Of a stretch of DNA of 45,002 bases, positions 1 through 10,940 are shown in pieces. The translations under genes were made by a program, and so were the position numbers. The notes under the pieces are model-generated. The model made no database searches and was not told the DNA's origin. It worked only from the letters and a program-made list of their open reading frames with translations. The first letter of the stretch is position 1. The number at the start of each line of letters is the position of its first letter. Source of the DNA: Octopus bimaculoides (taxonomy: Eukaryota); assembly GCF_001194135.2 (NCBI RefSeq), contig NC_069003.1, positions 14,428,540-14,473,541 on the forward strand. The letters run 5' to 3'.

Positions 1-268
1 ATTGGTAATTTAACTACAATTTTTATCTAACATTTTATCACTATCAAAAAATCTAACGCAACTATTATTTAAACACTAGGATTTCACAGTTAAATTCTAG
101 TTGCTGATCATAAATTAATATTGTTAGATATTCTCCCAAACCCTAATTATTTATGGCTATAGGATCACTTGACCACCTAGAAAAACAAATCTCAGAGGAA
201 GTCATTTAGATAATGGTAAATGCTCAGTAAAATAGGTAGGGTGGAGGTGACATAAACTCTTTTAGCTA

Positions 269-312
269 CTAGACCGATAAAGGCTGGTAGGTCGAAACTT
301 CGAAGTCACTGG
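269..312 (+). ncRNA. Decayed minimal type I hammerhead-ribozyme-like motif (Penelope-type variant)
   Basis: CTAG-A-CCGATAA-A-GGC-TGGTAG-GTC-GAAAC-TTCGAA-GTC-ACTGG. The core matches CUGAUGA with two transitions. Stem II is GGC/GTC, stem III is the palindrome ACTTCGAAGT, the cleavage triplet is GUC, and stem I is CTAG/CTGG. Confidence 0.45.
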
Positions 313-580
313 CGACAGTCTTCTGGTAGAAGTGTAATAAGTATGTACTTCAGAAAAAGGTGTGGAGTAATTCTTCAGCTTTATGTTAAATAGTTTTAGA
401 TTTAACTCAACATAAAAAACAATGTAAAATATATATGCGCGTGTTTATACATACGTGTGTGCATAGGTTTCTGAAACGACTGTGGAAACATGCACATAAA
501 TCTCGAGGAAAGCTCCAATGTAAATAACAGATCATAAGAAATACATTGAGTTAAATATCTCTTAGATGGAGAAAAAGAGG

Positions 581-656
581 GTTGCTGTCGTAGACCGAAC
601 CAGGATCTCTCAGTAACCCAGACATATATGCTACCAATCACAATAACGCGGCTCAC
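581..656 (-). mobile_element. Degenerate tRNA-like/SINE-head fragment
   Basis: Minus strand reads GTGAGCCGCGTTATTGTGATTGGTAGCAT...CCTGGTTCGGTCTACG, with A-box-like and B-box-like motifs at tRNA spacing. No clean cloverleaf. Confidence 0.25.
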
Positions 657-837
657 GGAGGCCATTTCCCAAAATTAATCGGCTGAAACATCTCTTTGAG
701 TTATAAAATTCCGTGTTTCGAGTCCTGCTGGAAGCGTTATGTCATTTTTCTTCCGCCGAAGCTTTCTTTTTTAATCTTATGCATTATGAATTAATATTTA
801 TAGCTGGATCCGCATTAAGACACATCATTAACACTTG

Positions 838-839
<2 letters not shown>

Positions 840-920
<81 letters not shown>

Positions 921-1000
921 ATACATATAGACACACGCACAAGCACTTTATATATATATATGTGCGTGTGTGTGTATGTATGTGCGTGCAGGTGTATGTG

Positions 1001-1048
<48 letters not shown>

Positions 1049-1142
1049 CATCTGCCTGTCTGCCTCTCTTCCTTTCTGTCTTCCTATTTCTCTTTCTCTA
1101 TACTTTACACATATCCATATATATACGTGCATATGTGTGTGA

Positions 1143-1188
<46 letters not shown>

Positions 1189-1681
1189 NNNNNNNNNNNN
1201 NNNNNNNNNNNNNNNNNNNNNNNNNNNNNNNNNNNNNNNNNNNNNNNNNNNNNNNNNNNNNNNNNNNNNNNNNNNNNNNNNNNNNNNNNNNNNNNNNNNN
1301 NNNNNNNNNNNNNNNNNNNNNNNNNNNNNNNNNNNNNNNNNNNNNNNNNNNNNNNNNNNNNNNNNNNNNNNNNNNNNNNNNNNNNNNNNNNNNNNNNNNN
1401 NNNNNNNNNNNNNNNNNNNNNNNNNNNNNNNNNNNNNNNNNNNNNNNNNNNNNNNNNNNNNNNNNNNNNNNNNNNNNNNNNNNNNNNNNNNNNNNNNNNN
1501 NNNNNNNNNNNNNNNNNNNNNNNNNNNNNNNCCTACCTACCTACCTACCTGCCTACCTACCTATCTACCTGCCTGCCTGCCTGCCTACCTACCTACCTAC
1601 CTACATACATACATGCATACATGCATACATACCTACCTACCTATATATCTAGCTATCTAGCTATCTCTCTATCCATCCATC

Positions 1682-1774
<93 letters not shown>

Positions 1775-1775
1775 C
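840..1775. repeat. Compound microsatellite block (AC)n,(TATC)n,(TA)n, gap, (CTAC)n,(TCTG)n
   Basis: Directly visible. The N gap spans 1189-1531. Confidence 0.95.
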
Positions 1776-1982
1776 ACAGAGACTTACAAATGCTACACTG
1801 AGAAACTGCATTCTATACACGATATATCGATTTCTCTTAACAACCTCGCCATCTCCCCAAATTCTTCCATCCTTCTTACACCTCCCATCTCTCCCATCCT
1901 ACCCCTTCTACACCCAAACCGCTCCTCACCCGTTTTTTTCATCTTGTTTTGTTTTATTTTATTTATTTGAAACATACAACAG

Positions 1983-2057
1983 GTTGTATCGCCGAGGGAC
2001 ACAATTTCTATAACGGAGATAGGATTGCGAAAGAATTGACAGTTCTTGTGAACTCAG
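1983..2057 (+). CDS. Candidate internal exon (phase 1-1), (G)CIAEGHNFYNGDRIAKELTVLVNS(G); product unknown
   Basis: T-rich tract plus CAG acceptor, CAG|GTTAAC donor, 75 nt, and only one open frame. Confidence 0.25.
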
Positions 2058-2125
2058 GTTAACACTTACAAGACAGTGAAAAGTGGGGAAGGATTTAAGG
2101 CGAACAATTGTGATACAGGCTATAC

Positions 2126-2127
<2 letters not shown>

Positions 2128-2170
<43 letters not shown>

Positions 2171-2266
2171 GAAACAGTATTGATGTTACTAATACTACTA
2201 CCACAAAATATATCAAGAACAAGAACACCGACGTTAGTAATATTTGTGATAAGGCTAACAAATTAA

Positions 2267-2302
<36 letters not shown>

Positions 2303-2335
2303 TGGTGGTGGTGGTTATGGTAGTTGTAGTAGTAG

Positions 2336-2369
<34 letters not shown>

Positions 2370-2511
2370 TACTACTACCACTGCGGATATTAATAACAAC
2401 AATAGCAACAAAAGTGATTAAAACTACCCAAGCGCCACGGTAGTGATGAAGGTAGTATACGAAGACTAGGAAGTAGTAGCAGTAGTTGTAATAGTAGTAC
2501 TAACGGTAGTG

Positions 2512-2558
<47 letters not shown>

Positions 2559-2823
2559 TGTTGTAGTAGCAGTTGTGGTTGTAGTATTAGCTTCAATCCT
2601 TTAAAAGCTTCCATTCCAACTTTATAAAATAGAAGCAAACAATAACGTCTGAAGTTAATAATTTAAAAGAAATGTAAAATGAAAACAAAAAAAAACCCGA
2701 AAAGCAATGATGTACTATTATGTCATAACACTCTACTGTAGATATTTGCAGAGCTTGGAACTGCCAATATCTTATGGAATGACATTAATAATGACAACAA
2801 CAACAACAACAGTAATAATAATG

Positions 2824-2859
<36 letters not shown>

Positions 2860-2910
2860 GTAATAATAATAATAATAATAATAACGATAATAATAATAAT
2901 AATAATGATT
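2128..2910. repeat. Trinucleotide microsatellites (GTA)n,(CTA)n,(GTA)n,(AAT)n
   Basis: Directly visible. The final (AAT)n tract abuts the 3' end of a minus-strand SINE-1. Confidence 0.95.
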
Positions 2911-3097
2911 GTGGCACAAGGCCAGCAATTTTAGGGGTGGGGGTAAGCCGATTGGATCGACTCCAGTGTTCAACTGGTAATCGACCCCAAAAGGATGAAA
3001 GGCAAAACTAATCTCGGTGGAATTTGAACTTAGAGCGTAAAAACGGACGGAATGCAACTAAGCATTTTTCCCGACGTGATGATGATTCTGCCAGCTC
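2907..3097 (-). mobile_element. SINE family 1 (tRNA-derived, (ATT)n tail)
   Basis: Reverse complement of GAGCTGGCAGAATC...GAGTTCAAATTCCGCCGAGGTCGACTTTGCCTTTCATCC...AGTACCAG...GGCCTTGTGCC, shared with copies at 7138, 9865 and 32549. Confidence 0.85.
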
Positions 3098-3440
3098 ACA
3101 AGGGCTTAAGACATGGAGGATGATATCAAAGGACGAGATACAACATATAAAACCGGTGGGGTCTATATGGATCAAAGAGATATACTACAATAATAAAGGA
3201 CATAACAAAAGGATATATATTTAGAAATTTGAAAAATGAACAATCAATAAATAAAAAAATCCCCAATAGCGATGTCGTCCACTTAGGGTGATTCGGGGTG
3301 AAATTCATGCAAACATTCCTGGATTAGTCTGCCATCACAAAGGCATGGGAATTGCCACTCTGTAATTTCACCACCTCCACCCCCCAAAACACATAGAAAA
3401 AAGAGAAAACTCAAATAACAAATATATACACTAATTAAAC

Positions 3441-3572
3441 TCCCTGCCATATTGTTTAAAGTTTAGTCCTGTTTCGTGGCACTTTGAGCAAGCAAGTGTC
3501 TTGTTACATAGTCTCGTGACGACCAAGCGTTTGCCAGTGGATTTGAGTGACGGAAACTGTAAAAGCTTGTCG
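3441..3572 (+). mobile_element. SINE family 2 head/CORE-like segment, degenerate
   Basis: GTGGCACTTTGAGCAAG...GTGTCTT...GTGGATTTG...GACGGAAACTG matches the copies at 15900 and 34372. Confidence 0.6.
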
Positions 3573-3732
3573 TTAGTAATAAATAAAGAATGCATTTCTT
3601 GTAATTGGCATGTGAACTTCGAAACAGGCGTAAAGACCAAATTGATCCAGACAAAATTTAAAGTCAAGTAGAACGTCAAAAGAAAAATTGTAAGATATTT
3701 TATTTACCTTACTAACGAATATGTTTTATGCT

Positions 3733-3975
3733 TCTTTTTTACTTGTTTCAGTCACTAAACTACGGTCGTGATGGGGGCAACATCAAGTTTTTGAAATAAT
3801 AAAATAGATCGACCCACGTTGTCAACCGGTGTATGGAAAGGGACAAACAAAACACAAAGACGCACGTTCACACACATATGCATACGACAGGCTTTCCCAC
3901 AAATTCTGTCTATTAAATTCACTCATTAGGCATTGGCGGCCCGTGGCTATTGTAGAAGAAACTTACCAAAAGTGT
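3733..3975 (-). mobile_element. SINE family 2, internally deleted
   Basis: TTTTACTTGTTTCAGTCA tail, GGACAAACA...CACAC internal repeat and GGCTATTGTAGAAGA CORE-like part, as in 14019-14353. Confidence 0.7.
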
Positions 3976-4964
3976 TTTATAGTTGGACTGAACCAAAATG
4001 CTCGTGGCTGCAAAGCGAGCTTCCCAACCACACAGCCTTGCCCTGGTAAAATGCTTAAAACGTCTGTTTTAGATGACAACACTGTTAGTAATATGGTTAT
4101 TTAACTGAAAACGTATCGTTACAAGAACACGTGGAAAGTTAATGACGTTGATGGTTAGATTGTAAAGTTGTTAATTAAATGATCACGTGATTAAGAAGAC
4201 TTTGGCATGTTTAATAAGGTCGGCAGCTAATTAGACGGTTGTCTGAACAGACACATTATGAAAGACAAATAGTGTCTTCCAAAGTAACATCTGGGTGGAC
4301 TCGATGACATTCCGCTAACACAAACTGATTTATACTTCACTGTAAACAATCGCAATGTTTACAATATTTCCCCGTATGTATGTATGTATGTATGTATGTA
4401 TGTATGTATGTATGTATGTATGTATGTATGCTTGTATGTATTTNNNNNNNNNNNNNNNNNNNNNNNNNNNNNNNNNNNNNNNNNNNNNNNNNNNNNNNNN
4501 NNNNNNNNNNNNNNNNNNNNNNNNNNNNNNNNNNNNNNNNNNNNNNNNNNNNNNNNNNNNNNNNNNNNNNNNNNNNNNNNNNNNNNNNNNNNNNNNNNNN
4601 NNNNNNNNNNNNNNNNNNNNNNNNNNNNNNNNNNNNNNNNNNNNNNNNNNNNNNNNNNNNNNNNNNNNNNNNNNNNNNNNNNNNNNNNNNNNNNNNNNNN
4701 NNNNNNNNNNNNNNNNNNNNNNNNNNNNNNNNNNNNNNNNNNNNNNNNNNNNNNNNNNNNNNNNNNNNNNNNNNNNNNNNNNNNNNNNNNNNNNNNNNNN
4801 NNNNNNNNNNNNNNNNNNNNNNNNNNNNNNNNNNNNNNNNNNNNNNNNNNNNNNNNNNNNNNNNNNNNNNNNNNNNNNNNNNNNNNNNNNNNNNNNNNNN
4901 NNNNNNNNNNNNNNNNNNNNNNNNNNNNNNNNNNNNNNNNNNGTTATCTGTAAATTTATTGCAG

Positions 4965-5074
4965 GGACTTCGTAGTGGCGGTTGGGGTACCATTATTAAT
5001 AAAATAGGAGATGGAATGTGTAATAGACTTTATTGGGTACAACACATTTTTCCATCCGTTCTGGGTCTCTTCAG
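4965..5074 (+). CDS. Candidate internal exon (phase 0-2), GLRSGGWGTIINKIGDGMCNRLYWVQHIFPSVLGLF(R); product unidentified
   Basis: Acceptor TTTATTGCAG|G and donor CAG|GTACGT; 110 nt; the other two frames contain stops; complex non-repetitive sequence. Confidence 0.5.
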
Positions 5075-6340
5075 GTACGTCAATAAAACGTCACACTTGA
5101 GATTTCTTGAGTTGGATTACGTACCGCTATATGTCCATCAAATTCGAGAATGAGTAAAATCAGAGAAAAATTGTTGAAACGCAAAAAATTCAAATATGAA
5201 CGTGGAAATTATACATTCTAGTTTAGAGAAAATGACGTAATCAGCTTTCGCTGTTGTAACTCTTAAGAGAAAGAAAAGGAAGATAATACTTAGACGAAAT
5301 TTTTTTTGTATTCGTCCTTAGACGCACATATACATACACAGAGATACACGCTCAAACGCGCACGCGCATACGCACACGTATGGACGAATATATACACATA
5401 TATATATATTGGAACTCGTTTACGCAGGTACAGACGTGCATATATACATAACTATACGTATGTAGCATACATGAATATGTGCATAGATTCGTACGAAAAG
5501 CAAGATACACACGTCTGTGCAAAACATGAAACACACACATGCGTGTTAATACACTCGCATACACGCATAATTAAATACATATACATACATATATATATAT
5601 ATATATACATACATACATACATACACGTACATACATATATATACACACACATACATATATATATGTATGCATATACACATATAAACATACGCCCGCATAT
5701 ACGTATACACATATTCACACTAATATACTTACATCTGCAAAGGCGAAAATGCGCACAGATGAATATGTAGACATATATATCTATATATATATTTGTACAT
5801 ACACAGATATGTACACACACACGTACACACATACACGTACACATATATGTATATACACACATACATACATACACACACACACATATATATACATGTATTC
5901 TTATACATATATGGATCTAGATTGCGAGATCATATGTCAAATACAAGTTATTAGAATATAATTCCTCAAGTTCAGATGTATTTAGAGTTATGGGCGCCAT
6001 GTATACATCAAGTTAAGTATGGTGGGGATTGTAATGTGTGTTTAGCTGCGTGTAGGCATCTGGGTAATTGTTCAGTGAATTTATTTATAATGCGCTCCTT
6101 TGTTAACATTATCGAGAGTGACTCCTCAGAGCTTCATTGATTATAGAGATGGAGAGTCCATTATTTAAAAAAAAAACTTAGAGATTTTTAGTACTTTTCC
6201 CGCTGTACTTTGTTACATTTATGTAGGAAGAATAATGCGTCATGTGTGTGTTTTGTGTATGTGTGTGTGTGTGTGTGTGTAAGTCTCGGAATATTGATAT
6301 GCTCCTGCGACATCGAAGGGCAAATTGACATGTATTTTAG

Positions 6341-6359
6341 GAATGATAAAAAGAAGTTT
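6341..6359 (+). CDS. Candidate 19-nt microexon (phase 2-0), (R)NDKKKF
   Basis: TTGAC branch-like motif, TATTTTAG|G acceptor and TTT|GTAAGT donor. Phase matches the preceding candidate exon. Confidence 0.3.
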
Positions 6360-6447
6360 GTAAGTCGCCTGTAAGGCTAGCAAAGTTTATGGCAGGGTTT
6401 AGTGGATTGCATTATACTGGACTGGCATTTATTTTTTTTTCAACCTA

Positions 6448-6540
6448 AAAATGGATGAAAGGCAAAGTTTACCTCAGCGGTATTTGAAACGAATGCCCCA
6501 AGGTGTTTGCTGCCGAAGCTCTACCGATTCCACCATTACC
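6448..6540 (-). mobile_element. SINE family 1 5' half, degenerate
   Basis: GGATGAAAGGCAAAGTTTACCTCAGCGG is the reverse complement of the family core. Confidence 0.6.
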
Positions 6541-6581
6541 GTCAGGGATGCAGTTAAAGGAGTTCATATCCTAACGATGCA

Positions 6582-6770
6582 AATTGGCAGAACCGTCAGA
6601 CAAACGGATATGGTATTTTACAATAATTACTTTTTCTGCGTTCCGAGTTCAAATCCTGCTGATGTACATATTGCTCTTCTCCCTCTTTTTTTTCAGTGTT
6701 CAAAGGTACAGTGTCAGTCAAGCATTGGTGTTGACCTATGTCTGTATGTCCTTAAATGGACTGATGGACT
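6582..6770 (+). mobile_element. SINE family 1, degenerate
   Basis: TTGGCAGAACCGTCAG...TTCCGAGTTCAAATCCTGCTGA...CAGTCAAGCATTGGTGTTGA. Confidence 0.6.
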
Positions 6771-7137
6771 GCATTGGTTGCAGTGTGATTGACTAGATAT
6801 GTCGCACACTCTCCGCTATCCATTTTATCTCTTTATGGCCAAATATGCAGTAATTAATTTTATTGGTTTCAGAATTATAATGTAGGAGACATTTGGCACT
6901 CTTTTCCTTGTCCAGTCTGTTTATGTATGGCCTTAGATTCTTGTGGAAGACACGGTGTATTTGGCCAGAGCACAATGATATCGGTCCCTATGCATTCTCC
7001 TCAGACAGTTTTTAAGGAACGTTGTGGCTTTTATTATTGCAATTATTTTCGATGTACATGGGTATTTGGCCAGAGTAGGCCAATATCCTGACAGGTAGCG
7101 CAGTTCCGAGTTCAGTCTGCAATATGAGTACCCCTGT

Positions 7138-7295
7138 AGGGCGGCGAGCTGGCAGAATCGTTAGCACACCGCGAGAAATGCTTAGCGGTATTTCGGCTGC
7201 CGTTACGTCATGAGTTCAAATTCCGCCGAGGTCGACATTGCCTTTCATTCTTTCGGGGTCGATTAAATAAGTACCAGTTACGCACTGGTGTCAAT
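7138..7295 (+). mobile_element. SINE family 1, well conserved, lacking its 3' tail
   Basis: AGGGCGGCGAGCTGGCAGAATCGTTAGCAC...GAGTTCAAATTCCGCCGAGGTCGAC...AGTACCAG, ending abruptly at CACTGGTGTCAAT. Confidence 0.85.
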
Positions 7296-7301
7296 ATAAA
7301 A

Positions 7302-7667
7302 ATGATCATACAGGTTGACCATGCCACACTGGAAGAGATTACAGAAACCATCGTGGTTGGCGAAACCCGCCCAGCTGTAAGGATAGAAGGCTGCCAGCCA
7401 CGATGCTTCCAGTGTGGCAAAAAGGGAGGCCTCAGGGTGGACTGTAAATCAAAGAAAGCAGAAGAAAGGAAGGAAAAGACGGTTACAGTGGAGATTGAAC
7501 CTGTAGCGACAACCCAGCTGACTCCGGTGCCAGAGGGAGACGATACTAGGATGAATAAACACAGCAAAAGAAAATTAAAACCAAATACAACAGACAAAGG
7601 AAAAGAAAAAGAAGTTAAAAGAGCAAAGAAACACGAAAATGAAAAAGAAAAAGAAGAAGAAATGTAG
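7302..7667 (+). mobile_element. LINE ORF1 (gag-like) C-terminal fragment with a decayed zinc knuckle
   Basis: VRIEGCQPRCFQCGKKGGLRVDC is CX2CX4(H>G)X4C preceded by the V-x-x-E-G-x-x-P motif typical of L1/Tx1-type ORF1, followed by a Lys/Glu-rich tail. Confidence 0.65.
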
Positions 7668-7999
7668 TTCGAACGGTCATTTGATCAGCAGACTCGCGAC
7701 CGTCCATGCAGAAAAAATTGTTAGTAATGAACACAAGACGGAAGGTATCGAGACGTACAAAATTGTCCTTGTTTGTCCCCTCTATGTGGGCAATAAAGAA
7801 ATAAATATCAGTACCTCTGTATTCTTGACAGTGTGTCTTCTCAGTTTTTAAGGAACGTGGTGGCCCTTCTTTTTGCAATTATTTTCTCTATATACGGGGT
7901 TCTATTGGGTTTCTTTGGTTGAGTCGGAGCGAGGGTTAGTGCCAATACAATGTTGGTTTTGGACGTAATGTTCTATGAAATCATTCCACTGTCTCTACA

Positions 8000-8660
8000 A
8001 GTTCCCCACCACACTTATATCATTGTATCACCACCACCACCAATACCACTTCCATCACCACTCCCAGCACCAGTACCAACATCATCACCACCAAAGATAA
8101 AAACATTTATTTAAATTCCTGTTCCACAAACAACCACCATCAACGTCACCTCCATCACCGCCACCACTACTACCACCACCACCACGAATCCTCCGATTCG
8201 TCTACACCATCACTACCACGACAAGCATTGACACCACCATGACTACCACTATCATTACTACCACCATGGCCGCCACAACAACCTTCACTACCACCAGCAC
8301 CATTGCTGCCACTATCACCACTGCCACTACTACCACAGCAGCCACCACTACCAGCAGCACATTATCCTACAGCTCCACCACTACCGTCATCATGACCTCC
8401 AAGACCCGCTACCACCACTACCGTCATCATGACCTCCAAGACCCGCTACCACCACCACCACCACCAGCACCACCACCACCAACACCACCACCAACACCAC
8501 CACCAACCACCAAAAAAACAACAACAACAAAAACAACCAGTGTCAGACAACGATGACCACGACCATCTCCACCGTTACCACAACAACCGCCACCACCACG
8601 TTCTCATTGAAGCCCTCCCACCACCAACCTCTCTACCACCATCATCACGATCGCTATAAG
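8000..8660. repeat. (ACC)/(CAC)-rich cryptic simple repeat containing a 37-bp tandem duplication (8375-8448)
   Basis: CCACCACTACCGTCATCATGACCTCCAAGACCCGCTA occurs twice in tandem. Confidence 0.9.
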
Positions 8661-9813
8661 CACTGATACACGAATACTGGTTTAATTTGTGATAAGTGCT
8701 GCTAATTAAAGACATGTTTTATTTGACCTCAGCAGGTCATTCTATTTTTCCGATTTCTTTAACAATTCACTAATCAAATCTATGTTTGTGCATGTGTATG
8801 CGTGTGTATACGTGTGTCTGTGTGTCTGTGTGCGTGTGTCTGTCTGTATGTTTGTGTTAGGTAAATAAGTAGATTAATGGATTGATATGTCATAAGATAT
8901 AAATATGTGTGCGTATGTGAGAGAGAGAGAGAGAGAGAGAGAGTGAGTGAGTGTCTGTGTTATATTTACGAGTATACATATGTCTATACACATATACAGA
9001 GAAGTATATACACACATATCTGCATAAACACATAGACCCATATGCACACATATATGCACACACATATGCACACATGTATTGATGTACATTAATATTCAAT
9101 TATGTTATCGATTTGGTATATATATATATATNNNNNNNNNNNNNNNNNNNNNNNNNNNNNNNNNNNNNNNNNNNNNNNNNNNNNNNNNNNNNNNNNNNNN
9201 NNNNNNNNNNNNNNNNNNNNNNNNNNNNNNNNNNNNNNNNNNNNNNNNNNNNNNNNNNNNNNNNNNNNNNNNNNNNNNNNNNNNNNNNNNNNNNNNNNNN
9301 NNNNNNNNNNNNNNNNNNNNNNNNNNNNNNNNNNNNNNNNNNNNNNNNNNNNNNNNNNNNNNNNNNNNNNNNNNNNNNNNNNNNNNNNNNNNNNNNNNNN
9401 NNNNNNNNNNNNNNNNNNNNNNNNNNNNNNNNNNNNNNNNNNNNNNNNNNNNNNNNNNNNNNNNNNNNNNNNNNNNNNNNNNNNNNNNNNNNNNNNNNNN
9501 NNNNNNNNNNNNNNNNNNNNNNNNNNNNNNNNNNNNNNNNNNNNNNNNNNNNNNNNNNNNNNNNNNNNNNNNNNNNNNNNNNNNNNNNNNNNNNNNNNNN
9601 NNNNNNNNNNNNNNNNNNNNNNNNNNNNNNNNNNNNNNNNNNNNNNNNNNNNNNNNNNNNNNNNNNNNNNNNNNNNNNNNNNNNNNNNNNNNNNNNNNNN
9701 NNNNNNNNNNNNNNNNNNNNNNNNNNNNNNNNNNNNNNNNNNNNNNNNNNNNNNNNNNNNNCTGGAAGTAGGCATAATGATTTATCATCATCATCATCAT
9801 CATCATCATCATC

Positions 9814-9864
<51 letters not shown>

Positions 9865-10075
9865 AAGGCAACGAGCCAGCAGAATCGTTAGCACGCCGGG
9901 CAACATGCTTAATGACATTTCGTCCGTTCTTAGGTACCGAGTTCAAATTACGCCGAGATCGACTTTGCCTTTCATCCATTTGAGGTCGATAAATTAAGTA
10001 CCAGTGAAACACTGGAGTCGATGTCTAGTCCCCTCCCCAACAAATTTTTAGACCTTGCGTCCATAGTAGAAAGGA
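9865..10075 (+). mobile_element. SINE family 1, full length
   Basis: AAGGCAACGAGCCAGCAGAATCGTTAGCACGCC...GAGTTCAAATTACGCCGAG...GTAGAAAGGATT. Preceded by (ATC)n(ATT)n at 9781-9863. Confidence 0.85.
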
Positions 10076-10866
10076 TTATTACCTCCGCCAAGGAAGGAGG
10101 TTATGTTTTTTTTGGCGTTGGTTTGTGTGTGTGTGTGTGTCTGTGTGCAAAATAACTCAAAAAGTTGTGAACGATAATTGATGAAACTTGCAGAAAACGT
10201 TTCATCAAAAAACAAGGAACAGATGATGAAATTTTGGTAGTGATCCGGGAATGTTTATGGATTCTTGAAGGATTTTTTTATTTATTAGATTTACTTTACA
10301 ATGTTACGTTCTTTGATTGTCTCCCTTGAAAACACGTACATCGTTTCCACGTAACCTATGGTGGCGCTGCTGTTTAGAGACAGTGTTGATGACGATGATG
10401 GTCGAGATAAGTATGGGAGGTGGATGAAATAGTATCGGTGGTTATAACGGCGACAGGAGCGGTGTGATGTGTGATGCTGAGGTGATGGTGGTGGTAATAG
10501 TGGTGTTGATGATAGTGTTAGTTGTTTGATGGTGGTATTGCAGTGGTTATACTGGTTGTGGTGGTGAAATTGACTGTCAAGGTAACCATCATGATAACAT
10601 TGATGGCGGTGTATGTGGTTGAAGTGGAAGCAATGACGATGCTGCTGATGATGCTGGTGGTTGTGAACTGCTTCAGATGATTCCTGTTTTTAAAGGGGTT
10701 TTTTTCTTAAAATCATATGGCTGTGTCATTTTTCTTTTTTAACCCCGCCAAGGAGATTATGTTTTTGCCGGCGTTGGTTTGGGAAATTGGGCGATTTTCG
10801 GCATGCGCGTATATGGGTGGAAATGAGCTGCTTGGTGGAGGTCTGCGCTCTCCGAGTGCTTTTCTA

Positions 10867-10869
<3 letters not shown>
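10076..10869 (+). mobile_element. Helentron-associated non-autonomous element (HINE/DINE-1-like) with a second internal 5' end at ~10739
   Basis: Subterminal inverted repeats CTCCGCCAAG (10083-10092) and CTTGGTGGAG (10831-10840); (GT)n after the 5' core; 3' hairpin GCGCTC-TCC-GAGTGC (10845-10859); terminal TTTCTAGTT; T-rich junctions. Confidence 0.7.

Positions 10870-10936
<67 letters not shown>
10868..10936. repeat. (TTA)n microsatellite
   Basis: About 23 TTA units between the HINE end and the 3' end of the R4/Dong-like element. Confidence 0.95.
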
Positions 10937-10938
<2 letters not shown>

Positions 10939-10940
10939 AC

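Noticed and set aside
670-737. B-box-like GTTTCGAGTCC on the + strand (possible tRNA)
   Set aside because: There is no convincing A box, acceptor stem or anticodon arm.
6873-7091. 72-codon open frame after a strong acceptor (NYNVGDIWHSFPCPVCLC.., VWC-like look)
   Set aside because: Part of it is duplicated at ~7842 and reads as LINE ORF1-like on the opposite strand, so a TE origin is more parsimonious. It remains only a weak alternative exon.
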